Shown here: in pieces, positions 47,823-62,435 of the stretch
How the letters are laid out: the number at the start of each line of letters is the position of its first letter
Numbering within the stretch: position 1 is the first letter of the stretch
Assembly (NCBI GenBank): GCA_000165425.1
Contig: CT868163.1
Location: 310,001-374,000, forward strand
Direction: 5' to 3'
DNA length: 64,000 bases
Source of the DNA: Paramecium tetraurelia
Taxonomy: Eukaryota
Notes under the pieces: generated by a model
What the model saw: the letters and a program-made list of their open reading frames with translations, nothing else
The model's database searches: none
Told to the model about the DNA's origin: nothing
Translations under genes and position numbers: made by a program

Positions 47823-48551
47823 TCATATTACTTCTGCCTCTACCACAAACATATTAAATATTGCCAAAAATACACTATATTTAGCAACTTTTTCTTTAGA
47901 TGTAATTTACAATCCTTCTTCTCTAAGCATAAGTTCGAAATCCTTTTCATAAGTAATGCTGCCGAACTCAATGGTTGTGATGTATTTTAGATAAGGCTTG
48001 ATTTTTTCAATGATGACTGTTTTATAGTTTTTGTATGGCTCTAGAGTCAATAGGAAAAAGATGGAACCCCCCTTGCTCAACCTTTATTTCGCAATTCTTA
48101 ATGCTCTTATTCTGTCCGGCATTATCATGAAAGACGAAGAGAAGATCACAGCCTCATATTGTTCCTTTGAGCTTTCCAAATCGTAAAAGTTTTATTCTCT
48201 AATTTCTACATTTTCATTCTGCTTGAATGTTTGTCTTGCATATCTAGGATTCTTGATCATTTATTTTACCTCAAATAATTAGTATCGATGTCTATCCCGA
48301 CCACTCGAATTCTGGAGGGAATCCTATTTATAATCTGTTTCATAGGGTGTCCTGTGCCCACTCCAACATCCAGAATCCGTTTGACATTCGCCATCTTTTT
48401 CTCCAATCGATCGCACATCATTACGTAAGTCCATCTAAGATATTTATTTGTAATTTTACTTTGTGTAGAATCTACTGTACAATAGATTGTATATGTAGAT
48501 GGGAAGGTAACTCAAAATGTTAATCAAAAATCCAATAATCCTTGCTAACAT
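47823..48551 (-). CDS. Class I SAM-dependent methyltransferase with N-terminal hydrophobic segment
   Basis: RILDVGVGTG, VVGIDID, YEAVIFSSSFMIMPD, LSKGGSI. Confidence 0.85.
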
Positions 48552-49562
48552 CTCTATTAAATTATATTATAATAGTTGAACAATTCATAGGAACATTTAA
48601 TTGTCAATTTTATAAGAATTACTTGATCATTAATGACACGTCATTTATATGCAATTATGTAATTAAATTAAGATTTATTTCTTATTTATTTATTTGTTAA
48701 TAATACTAAACAATGCCGACTAATCACTCCAATTAACGATTTCATTGAATTGATACTGTGATTTCATTAATTATTGTAATACTTCGCATCTATGTCCAAA
48801 ATAAGAGAATGAATGCTTATGATTAAATTTCTATATAAAGAATGTTTTATAAATATACTTACTAAGCAAGTCTCTTCACTCTATATTCATAATACGTTAT
48901 TCTCTAATTTAAGCAGCATGCAAAATTAAATTTCAGGGCATTTAATTTTTGTAAGTTCAAATTTACATAACACTAACTTTAAGAATGTTATAATAGACTA
49001 ATTTTGAAGAGACTAATTTGATCACAAATGAATAAATACTTATCCATCAGTTTTTTCAATTTAATGAAACATAAAAGAATAGTAATTCAAAGTTTTAAAT
49101 TTTATATTGAAAAGAATAAATAATTTAAGATAAAGTATCAAATAAATTTATTTAAAATTACTTTTGGGAGAACAGGATGAAAAATACACTGGATCCTTAA
49201 AATACCTTATGATTTCAATGTAAGGACAATTCTACATCTTTATTCAAAGCAAATTATAAATTGTCTAAAATTAAGTTCTTACTATTTTTTTCAATTTTAA
49301 TAATAATAAATGGGAATATTTCACAATTGTGGAACACTCGAAATACCTGAATAATGTTAGTTACATAGTAGACTCTTCAAATCAAAAGATATTTCAAAGA
49401 TAAATTAATTATTTAAGAACTATTAACTAGAAACATTTAAAAATAAGATTTCTTGTTTAATACATGAAAATTTGTTTAATTACTCTCATAAATATATATT
49501 TATAGACTTATTTAAACTTAATTTATTGTATTAATTTGATATAATTTTTATCTAATTACTTT

Positions 49563-50410
49563 TCAATCCTGTTTATTTCTTGTTACATCCAACTTTAAAA
49601 TTGCACAATAATAGCTGATTATTAATAGCTTAAAATAGTCTTATTCAATATTTTATTGATTGATCTAAGGAAATGAAATCAAGACTTCATTAATCTTTAA
49701 TAAAGCCAAGGGATCATTTGCAATTTATGGATGATCTAATTGTTATAATAATTTTTGTAACATAGTCTATTGGATTAAATAGATTATAACATACTTCTAA
49801 AAAACTAATCATTTAGAGTTATGAATTAACTCTTAAGTCATATTTTTTTTTTGATTAAGAGGATTATTATGAAAATAAGGATGTGATACCAATCATCTCT
49901 TCTGATTGGGGTTCAACCTTACTTTATGATACCTACATTTTATTTTCCTCCATTTCATATAAATTTGCTTAAGTACTATATGGATCAAAGCACAATAAAT
50001 ATTTAAAGAATGATGTTTAATTTTCTGTACTTTCAGCTTCACTCAAGGTTTGCAATTACTTATGAACTTTCAGATACTCATGTGGATTGCTATCTGTAAT
50101 ATACCAGCCTACAATAGCTATTATTGATTAAACCTACAATGTCCAAATTTTTAAAGAGATTCCATTTATCACCTTTCAATCTTAATTATTATCTTTCCTT
50201 TAAAAAATCAATCTCCCCCGGTTTCAATTCCCCTTTGCCTGAATAGCTAATCTCAAATGAATCCAAAATATCTGTCTTATTTATTTTTGCATTGAAAAAG
50301 CCCAGCAATATACCAGCATGGATGTTCTTGCCAGGGAAATTGACTTTGTTAGTTAAGATTTATGAAGAAATGCTCAGCAGCACTTATGGATGTACATTAG
50401 TTTATTACAT
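49563..50410 (-). CDS. CSN6: MPN- domain protein, COP9 signalosome subunit 6-like
   Basis: VHPQVLLSIS, GILLG, ILDSFEI, IDFLKER, LFKNLDIVVGWY; no JAMM HxH motif. Confidence 0.65.
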
Positions 50411-50433
50411 TAATTTTTATATATTTTTTAATA

Positions 50434-51948
50434 ATGTTTTCTGATAATTAAATCAGTCTCTTTAAAAGAAACTCTAAATTTCAACCGCAATTGGCTTCAG
50501 TCGAGAACACTAAACCAATAATAGATACAACCAAACTAATTAAATACTCTGATCCTGTTCACAAAACACTTTTTGAATATCAACAATATAAAAAGAATTA
50601 TAATTAAATGAAACAATCAAAAATGAAAAAAATACTATCCAAATCAGTTGATAAGACAACCAGACAAATTATTAATAGCAATAGTTAGATGTCATCATCC
50701 GTTGATTACAAAATGAAATCTAGTGGACACAACTTAAAGTACAATTAAAGCACTCAGAGTGTCATTTCTGAAAGCAGCATTACTAAAAAAGGAGTTGTCT
50801 ATGATGGAAACAATACTCAAGTCTATAGAATTTTGATTGAAGGTCATTTCAATTATTATGCCCTTAAAATAAGCAAAGTCAACATGAACAAATGTACCAA
50901 GGAAATCTATTATCTTAAATAATTAAGACACCCGAACATCATTGAACTGAAACATAACTATGTAGTTTATGACAAGTCAAATGTATTCTCTCTTAAATTA
51001 TATAGGATAATAGACCTATGTTGTATGAGATTATGCCTTTAATGAGTTGCAATTTAAGATCCTTTCTATAGCAATTCTACAAACATTCGAATGTTTAAGA
51101 GAATACTAAAATTACAGATCCTAAATTAATCAATTTAGCTAAATAGGAAAAGAAGGCAAAGCAAATCTTATTTAAATTATTTATCTATTAGATTGTAAGG
51201 GCGATATCGTATTTACATCACAAGAACATTACTCATAGAGATCTCAACCCCAGAAATGTATTGATTGACGTTGATACACTCAGTGTGTAACTCTGTGATT
51301 TTAACAGTGCAAAATCATTGTTCTCCTAGATTCCCTCTCCAAATTATGTTGGTGAGCGCAATTACAGAGCACCAGAATTATTATTAGGCTCTAAACTCTA
51401 CAATTAGTAAGTTGATATTTGGAGTTTGGGTTGTATAATTGCAGAATGTTTTTTGGGCAAATAACTATTTAATGGAACCAATACTGTTGAAACTATGGCT
51501 GATATTATAAGATTACTTGGAACACCTACACTCTAAGAAATGAAAAATCTAAAATCTTAAATATTAGATCTCAAAATGCCTGAAATTCCTAAGTTTCCTA
51601 TGAGTAAACGATTCTAAGAAATAGAGAATGAATAATTGGTTGATTTGTTAGAAAAAATCTTTGTTTACGATCCTAATTAAAGAATATCTGCCTTTGAGAT
51701 TTTATTGCACCCTTTCTTTTAGGAATTGAAATAACCAAACATCAAAATCAATTCAAAATCTCTACCCAATTTATTTAATTTCACAAAAGGTATCAATATT
51801 ATTTATGCGATTTATAGAAGAATTATAGTTAAACGAATATGAAATGAATAAAAATAGGTTAATACCTAATTGGTTCACAGAAAAACAAAAGAGATTTGAA
51901 TATCTGACAACTAGTATGGATGATGCTAAGTTATTATTAAATAAATGA
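50434..51948 (+). CDS. Divergent GSK3/shaggy-like kinase
   Basis: HRDLNPRNVL, LCDFNSAK, NYVGERNYRAPELLLG, IIRLLGTPT, HPFFQELK, LPNLFNFT. Confidence 0.8.
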
Positions 51949-52054
51949 TGATAACTATTATTATTTATATAAAAAACTCCTTTAACTAATTCAATTTTTA
52001 TTACAATTATATCTTATATAGTAAAGTTATTAAAAACTCGTTAAGAACTAGTGA

Positions 52055-52330
52055 TGAGTCAAACTAAAAATTAGGAAAAACCTCTTATCAAGAGATGTGT
52101 GAAATAACTGCAAGAATATTATGGTAATATTATCATAAATAAGTATCTAGAATATTTTATAGAATTATTTCATATGAATTCTGGATTTTTGTAGTTAAAA
52201 ACTATAACTAAGTTGATATTGCTTATCTCTTAATCAATTATGACTTGAGCAAATATATTTAAAAAGAGATGATTCATGTTGTTAGACAATTAACTAGAAT
52301 TGTATTATCCAATTTTAAAGTTATTTTATT
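52055..52330 (+). CDS. Possible small hypothetical protein or remnant
   Basis: MSQTKNQEKPLIKRCVKQLQEYY, intron-like segment, then FLDFVVKNYNQVDIAYLL; end uncertain. Confidence 0.3.
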
Positions 52331-52405
52331 AATTTATTATATAGCTTATATATAACAAAATCATTTAGTAAGTAAAGGGAAAAAATCCTACTCAAATTGA
52401 GATTT

Positions 52406-52963
52406 TCAAAATTTAATGTTATGTTTTTTAAGTTGTTTTTGCTGACTTTCAATTATCTTTTTTAGCTGTACAATTTATTGCTTTAATTATTATTCTGTTA
52501 TTTATTGCTTTTTTGAATTGATTTCGTAAGAAGCTATGATATCTTTAGTTTTGTTTAATAATTTCTATAACTAAGATTATAATTTTTGGTTAACTGTGCA
52601 TTCATCCTCTTAGAATGGATTTACAGATTTAGGTAATATTTTTTCTATAATTTTATTACTACTGTTAGATTTTTAATTTATTTTCGATAATCTTTAATTA
52701 TAACTAGTGCTGTTGGTTAGACTAATTGTTGTTGATTAGTTTGATATTTTGTGAGCATGATTAGGCTTTAATTCAATTTAGGTTGATTCAGTTTTGCATC
52801 TACTATCATTTGTACCTTCACCTTTTTGTAAGCTTTTCGATTAATTTTGAAAAAATTGATGAAAACTATTCAGATTACTCTAATTGAACATTGTTGGTTA
52901 ACTATTTTATGGGCGATGTGTTGCCATCTTTATTTTGGGTGTTCTCACTTGCACTATTAACAT
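52406..52963 (-). CDS. Hypothetical Q/N-rich protein
   Basis: Code-6 frame MLIVQVRTPKIKMATHRP..; 3' end uncertain. Confidence 0.4.
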
Positions 52964-53161
52964 TAATAAATATATAGAAATTAAAATATTTATCACTTAA
53001 ACTAATAAATGGTTTATTATATGTTTAAGTATTATGCTAATGTATAAATTTAAAGTAAATTGCAAAAAAGAATTAAGAATTTATGTATTAAATGCATTTT
53101 TATTGTTTTGCTGTGATTTATTTTCATAAATTAAAGATATAAATTTTTTTCAAATTAATTC

Positions 53162-53606
53162 ATGGGAAGAGTTAGAAATAAGACAGTTAAGAAGGCAGCT
53201 AAAGTCCTCATTGAAAAATACTACATGAAACTCACTTCAGATTTTCATTTCAATAAAAAGATCCTCTCAGAAGTTGGATAAGTACCATCAAAAAAATTGA
53301 GAAATAAAATTGCTGGATTCGCAACACATCTTTTGAAGAGAATCTAAACTGGATCAGTTAAGGGTATCTCACTCAAAGTAATGGTCACATTTCAAACTAT
53401 AGATTTAAGAAGAAGAAAGAGAGAGAAGATTGGACTATGTCCCTGAAAAATCATCTGTCGACATTGACAATCTTAGAGGAGATCAAGATGTTAAAAGAAT
53501 GCTTGAAAAAGCTGGTTTGGAAATTGACATTCCCATTGATGAGCCTGTTGTCGAAGAAAAATAATAAAAATAAGCAAGAAGAGGATAAAGAAGATAATAA
53601 TAATGA
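53162..53606 (+). CDS. RPS17: 40S ribosomal protein S17 (eS17)
   Basis: [56 protein letters not shown]; one intron. Confidence 0.97.
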
Positions 53607-53689
53607 TTCTGACAGTACATTTATTAAAGTAAAAAGCATAAAAAATACATCTAATATTTATTATTCATACTGCAGACTTTCTTTTTAAT

Positions 53690-56059
<2,370 letters not shown>

Positions 56060-56171
56060 AATTTTTAGTTAGTTATTATTAAATAATAATAAATAGTATA
56101 TGTAATATATATTATTAATGGATTAACAAAAGAAACATTTTTTTAGTAAATACTAATAGATTTATTATAAA

Positions 56172-57472
56172 TCATTCTATTTTTTGTTATATATCTTTAA
56201 TATATTATCCACAACTACATTTTAGTAATTACTACTTGTCTTTTATTTCTTTTTTTCTACTTTCTAAACAAGATAAATGAACCTTGTGATTGCATTAAGT
56301 GGCATAAAGATGTTCTTCAGACTTATTGTAACATATGAAACAATCATTTTCAATTTATACAAGCAACTTTTCAATATTATTTTTTTTTATTTGATTGTGA
56401 ATTTTTTAATGTTTAGAGCTTTTTAAAAATTCAAGAATTGGTATTTTACAAATGAAACATAAAAAATCGCTAAATTAGAATGAATTATCCTAAATACAAT
56501 CTAAGTGGATGTAATGTTGGCAATCAAGTCTCTTTAAATTTTTATCAAATTTTCCGCAAATCATACAACTTATGTTAAACTCAATTTTGATATCTTCATC
56601 GTCTATAGGTTCTCCACAATCACAATTTAATGATTCTAATTTATCAGGATTTATAACTGAATTTGCACATAACAAGTGAAACTTATGCTTGCATTTTTTC
56701 AGGCTAATAAAATCTGAGAAAAGTAATCTATAGCATTTATGACAGAAATCGCAATTTTCACAGAGACTATTGCCAATATTGTAAGAATTATTTTCTATAT
56801 ACATGAATCCACAATCATTCCTGCAAAATTTAAAAGGTTATTGTTTAGCTTCAATGATTTTATGCAATTGAAATAGATAATCTGGTTTGATCTTTGTACT
56901 TTATTATGGAGGTACTTGTGGTTGAATTTTTACTGCATCACTTTTAACATTAGTCTAATCACCTTTTGGTGGTTGAATTGTTGATGCATCACTCTTAGCA
57001 TTACTAAAATCACTTTTCAATAGGTCATATTAAAGCTTGCAATTACACTAATCACAAAAGTATTCTTGTAATTAACCCTATTATGGCTTCTAATCCTAAA
57101 TAAAATAAAAGGAACACCCTTTTTTAGGACAACGAAAAAATTGCTATTATTTTGTCTCGTTTATCTATAATTTATTCTAATTCAACTACACTATCATTTG
57201 AGCTTAGTATGTTAAAAATAATCGATGAACCTGCTCATTAATCTTATTTAATTAACCAATATCCTTCCCACAAATACATTTATTCGAATCCATTTTTTTA
57301 GAGATCAGGCAAATCTCATGATAATGATGTTCACAAGCTAATTTCAATAGGTTGAAATCATGTTTTTTACAGTGGTGACACATTTATCTGAAATAATTTC
57401 AAAAAGAGAATACTTCGTAGCTTAGGTTTCTGCAAAATCCTTAGGAGCTATAGAACTATTACACCCCCCCAT
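56172..57472 (-). CDS. Cys/His-rich multi-RING-like zinc-finger protein with predicted N-acylation
   Basis: MGGCNS start; repeated CxxC..CxHxxHxxC..CxCG units. Confidence 0.75.
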
Positions 57473-57534
57473 AGTTATATTAATTAAAAAAAATATTAAA
57501 GACATTAAGAAATAAGATATTATTAAAATTTTTA

Positions 57535-58624
57535 ATGATTCTGAATTTAAAGGATATTTATTTGGCTGCTGCAGGCGGATTGCTGATAGGACTGGCTACA
57601 TCAATTCACTACTTATTGAAGGGGAGAGTTACAGGATTCAGTGGTATATTTTATAGTCTGATAACATTCGACAAAAATAGTTTCTATTGGAAATTATCCT
57701 TAATGTCTAGTGTTGTTCTATCATCTTCATTGTTATTTAAATATTAAGGGTATACAATATATCAAGAATAGATTCACTCCTATTTTAGAAGGAGCATCTC
57801 CAAGTTTTGATCCAATCAATCAAATATCTAAAATTGGCTACATAGGAGCTGCAATAGCAGGATTCTTGGTTGGGTTTGGTACAAAATTAGGGAATGGTTG
57901 TACAAGTGGTCATGGAGTTTGTGGTTTACCACGATTATCAGTGAGATCAATGGCTGCAGTAGCATCATTTATGACATTTGGAATTTTGACAGCCACTCTA
58001 AAAGATTAAGTTGTGTTGGAATAACCAACTTAATTACTCATCGATAATGCAAATATTACTAATACCGCAGCTATGGTTATTAGTGGAGTAATATAATAAT
58101 ATTAATTTATTTAAGATTTTAACTTTAGTTGGTATTATTGGTTAAACTAAATAAAACAAGAAAACAATGATTGATGCAATAATTTCATCTGTTGTAGGAC
58201 TAGTGTTTGGATCTGGATTAGTTATTTCTGGAATGGCTAAAAGATCAAAGATTCTAGGGTTTTTAACATTCAATAAGAGTTGGGATCGTATTAAATATAT
58301 TTGTATATTGTAGCTTCATTGATGTTTGTTATGTTGGGTGCTGTGTCTCTCAATTTAATTACATTTAATTTACTTGATAAACCTATCTTAGCCGAGAAGT
58401 GGGATTTACCAACAAACAAGAAGATTGATTATAAGTTATTACTAGGTGCAAGCATCTTTGGAATAGGTTGGGGAATTGGTGGATTATGTCCTGGACCTGC
58501 ATTTTCATTATTTCCATAATTTACAGCTTAAATTGCATGTGTATTTTTACCTTGTTTGGCATTGGGATAAATAAATGCTAATAAATTTAGTCAATATTTG
58601 GATTAAAAATCAAAAAAATTGTGA
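57535..58624 (+). CDS. YeeE/YedE-family sulfur (thiosulfate) transporter, two fused halves
   Basis: [70 protein letters not shown]. Confidence 0.9.
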
Positions 58625-58655
58625 TTAATATATAAATAGATATAAATGCAAAGGA

Positions 58656-59291
58656 TCATTATTGAACTGGATCACATTATTTTAGATGCTCAATAGCGTC
58701 TAATTTTTAGTTCATAGCATCATCAAATCCAAATTCCCTTTATTGAAAACACTATAATCTATGATTTTAATTTGTAATATTTCGATCAACAAGTCCACAA
58801 ATAAGGCAAATGAAATCTGAGTGAACTCGCTTCAGATGAGATTGATATTAGCAAAGGGATATTAATTTCTCACAAAATTAACAATCTGGAAATTCATTAC
58901 ATGTTTGATGCCCTAACAATTCTAAATCATCAAATATCACTCCCATATCATATAAAATAACTGGACATAGATTAATGAGTTGTTAATCATCTAACTAATC
59001 TACATGTTATAACAAATCTGCTTGTTGTAACTAATCTGCATATTCTTTATCTTAATTCAACTATTTTTATTCTTCCTCCAGATAATTACAATTTTTATCG
59101 TTATTTTGATTCACATTCTCAATATTTGTTTCGGATTATTGAACCTCAGAATCGTTGTAATTCTATTAATTATTTTGAGTAATAATTATTTCACAGTCAT
59201 TCTCTATCTCTTTGTTCTATTCATCGCTCTTAATACCCTCAGATTCATTTTAAATTTCATCAAAATGCTCAGTTTCACCATAGAAAGCCAT
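58656..59291 (-). CDS. Acidic zinc-finger protein with MIU-like helix
   Basis: QLNQDKEYADQLQQ; CQFCEKLISLCQYQSHLKRVH; CLICG. Confidence 0.65.
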
Positions 59292-59528
59292 CTCTACTAT
59301 AATAATCTTTAATTTTATTTATTTCTATTAAGTTCAAAAAACATAAACTTTATAATTATTTTGTGCGAAAATTTGTACATTAATTAAGATGTATTATTTA
59401 TAAGAATTAAGATTGTATTTTGATATCGAAAAGATAGTGTTAGAATAATAATTGATTTGGAATCACTTTATTAGTTGATAATGTAAAGAATTAATAATTA
59501 AATTTTTAACAGAAACATCGAATAAATA

Positions 59529-59786
59529 ATGTCAATTTAGATAGCTAGTTTACCAGAGTTTAGTTATAAATCAATTCCAAAGAGATCATTAGATCTGGAG
59601 AATTTCTTTAAGGAATTCGAAATGAGATAATTCTTAGAAGAATGCAATTACTCTCAATAGGAATTATATGCTGAATGTCGAAAAATGAAAGGATTTCAAT
59701 AAAAAAGAAAATTGAAACTAAACAAATATATAAATAGCTATCTAGAAGCACCTTCAATAATTAGTCCTGTGTAATTGTTGCTTTGA
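59529..59786 (+). CDS. Small 85-aa hypothetical protein
   Basis: Intronless code-6 ORF MSIQIASLPEFSYKSIPKRSLDLE.. Confidence 0.5.
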
Positions 59787-59866
59787 ATTCAGAATTTATA
59801 TATTTCAATCAAATTCATAAACAGTTAAGCATAATATTATAAAATGATGTTAAAATGATATAACAA

Positions 59867-60547
59867 TCATTCTAAACTGATGCCTTGTTTTCTCAAGGAA
59901 TCCAAAACAAGTTATTCATAATCTTCAAGAGTCACTTTCCCATCTCCATCCGAGTCAGTCATTTGGATCCAGATGACCACATCCTCTTTGGTCGGTTGAT
60001 AATCATTCATGCCCATGTGTTTATAGGTTTCCTTTAATAACTCAGGGACCTAAGAATGTAAAAGATTGGTTACCTCTTCTTCAGTTAAGAAACCTGAACC
60101 GTCTTTGTCAACGAACTTAAAGATTCTCCTGGCCACTTCCAATCTTTCCTATGCAATTCTGGACAACTTCTCTGGAACTCTTTTGACTGGCTGAGCAGGG
60201 GGTTATCCAGAGAAATACTTCTATACTAATTGTTCTATGTCTTCACTGTGGACTCTTCCTGTGGATTTTCCTAATCATCAATTTCAATAAAGTCAAATAC
60301 TGTCTAAAATGGATTGGCAATTGGAAACATCTTAAGAGGTAGGATTGAACCCTTTGTTCATTGCTCGGTAGGCATCTGATAACATCATGGCGATTTCATT
60401 TTATTCAATAAACCCGTCTTTATTGGAATCATATAAATCCATCACTTATTTCGCTATTTATTTGCATTTCTCTGGTTCAAATACACCTCCGAATTGGACT
60501 CGGTCAGATATTTAGTATCCAGAGTTTCTTAGCTTATTGTTATCCAT
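59867..60547 (-). CDS. EF-hand calcium-binding protein, TCBP-25/PCBP-25 family
   Basis: YDSNKDGFIE, RLEVARRIFKFVDKDGSGFL, PTKEDVVIWIQMTDSDGDGKVTLEDYE. Confidence 0.88.
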
Positions 60548-60634
60548 TATTAATTTAAATTGGTTTTTATTTTCACACTAAATCCACTCTATAAATTGAA
60601 TTATTATAAAATTATGATAACATTTGAAAATAAT

Positions 60635-61087
60635 ATGATGAGACTCTGCTAACTCAAAGCCGAAGCCCAAGAATTAATCGAAATATAAGCTCAATGTTGT
60701 CATTTCTTATTACTCTAGAAAAGTTTAATTAATTGGATGCCAACTCCTTAACACAAATTAACCAATATCGCTAGGAAATTGATGCTCTAAAACAACAATC
60801 AGTTGAATTGCAAGATCATTACGAAAAACAATCTCTCATATTTCAATAGAAGATCAACTCTTTAACAGAAGAAATCAAACTTTTGAATTACGAAAATGAC
60901 AAATTAGAGAACAATTATCAAAATGAAATGTAAATTCACTCTCCTACATAATAGATAAGAACTCAACAGTGTTATCTAATAACTATAAGAAGGAATCTAA
61001 AGTTAGCAATCCAAATTTTAGAAGGAAATTGACAACCTCAAATTAATGCACAGTTAAGAACTCTACATACTCAAGAAAAGAAAATGA
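60635..61087 (+). CDS. Small coiled-coil protein
   Basis: Code-6 frame with two short introns, heptad-like Q/E/L pattern. Confidence 0.6.
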
Positions 61088-61138
61088 CAAATATGTGATT
61101 ATACTATATAAATATTATTTAATTTAAAAAGATATTCA

Positions 61139-62019
61139 ATGGTAATTAATCTGTAGTAATCTCTAGCCTAAAGCACCCAAAACCAGTAAAGCCAAAAAAA
61201 TACAGAAAAAAGTAGCTGATAGAAAAAAGAACCCCCTCTTTGTTAAGGATGCTAAAAACTTTAGAATTGGAAACGATGTTCAACCAAAGAGAGATTTATC
61301 AAGATATGTCAGATGGCCAAGATATATCCTACTTCACAGATAAAAAAAGATCTTATTACAAAGAATCAAAGTCCCAGCTGCTATTCATTAATTCAGCAGA
61401 ACACTTGATAAAAATCAATGTAAATTTTATTACTATATTAAAGCATCTAAAGTATTGGGTCTATTGAAGAAATATTCACCAGAAACCAAAACTGAAAAAA
61501 AATAAAGATTAACCAAATTAGCTGAATAAAAAGCATAAGCCTAAAAGACAGACTCTAAGAAGGTCTAAGTACTCAAATTTGGATTAAACCATGTCACCAC
61601 ACTTGTAGAAACTAAAAAGGCTAAACTCGTAGTTATTGCCTATGATGTTGACCCAATTGAACTTGTTGTCTGGTTACCACAATTGTGTAGAAGACAAGAA
61701 GTTCCATTCTGTTTTATCAAAAGTAATATTTATTAATATATAAATCTTTAGATAAAGCAAGATTAGGAACTTTGGTTCATTAAAAAACAGCCACTTGTGT
61801 TGCTTTGACTGAAGTTAGAAAGGAAGATTAAGCTGAATTCGATAATCTAGTAATATTTCTTAATATCGCAAGGCAAGAGACTTAAGATAACATTACAATG
61901 AAAACCATGAATTATTGAGAACCATCGGTGGAGGACAAGTAGGAATCAAATCAAGACATCAATAAGAAGCAATAAAGAAGGCATTTGAATTAGAGGAGTT
62001 GAAAAAGACATCCTAATGA
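61139..62019 (+). CDS. RPL7A: 60S ribosomal protein L7a (eL8)
   Basis: [63 protein letters not shown]. Confidence 0.97.
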
Positions 62020-62169
62020 ACATGTTTACATTAATAAAATAGTATATTAACAAATAATCATTAAAATTAATATATATTTTTATGAACATTTTAACTTTAT
62101 TTAAATATATATATTCAAATATAATACAAAATGACACTAATATTTTGTAAGTCATTTAGTATAATAAAT

Positions 62170-62299
62170 TGATATTTAGAAGTGTTGGGTGTAATATCAT
62201 ATAATAATAGGTATGCCATATTAAATCATATTTTATAGGATTTCAATTGAAATCTGTGGATTGTTTAAAGTACCACAATTCAATTGATAAATAACATAT
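62170..62299 (+). ncRNA. Candidate H/ACA-box snoRNA
   Basis: Hairpin 62170-62228, ANANNA-type H box ATAGGA 62235-62240, hairpin 62241-62290 (TCAATTGAA/TTCAATTGA, TGTGG/CCACA), ACA 62294-62296. Confidence 0.3.
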
Positions 62300-62318
62300 A
62301 ATTAATATATATATTGAC

Positions 62319-62397
62319 AGCTCAGTAGTGATTTTAATTCATATTGAATCATATATCCGTTCTGATTATGTTAAACATAATCATTGTCATCATTGCA
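62319..62397 (-). ncRNA. Candidate C/D-box snoRNA
   Basis: Minus strand: C box ATGATGA (62393-62387), D'-like CAGA, C'-like ATGATTC, D box CTGA (62325-62322); 72 nt from C to D. Confidence 0.5.
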
Positions 62398-62435
62398 GAT
62401 AATTTTTTAATTTTATTATTAATAATAATAATATA

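Noticed and set aside
58646..59300. Plus-strand frame with two in-frame TGAs suggesting readthrough or selenocysteine
   Set aside because: Antisense of the intact minus-strand zinc-finger gene 58656-59291
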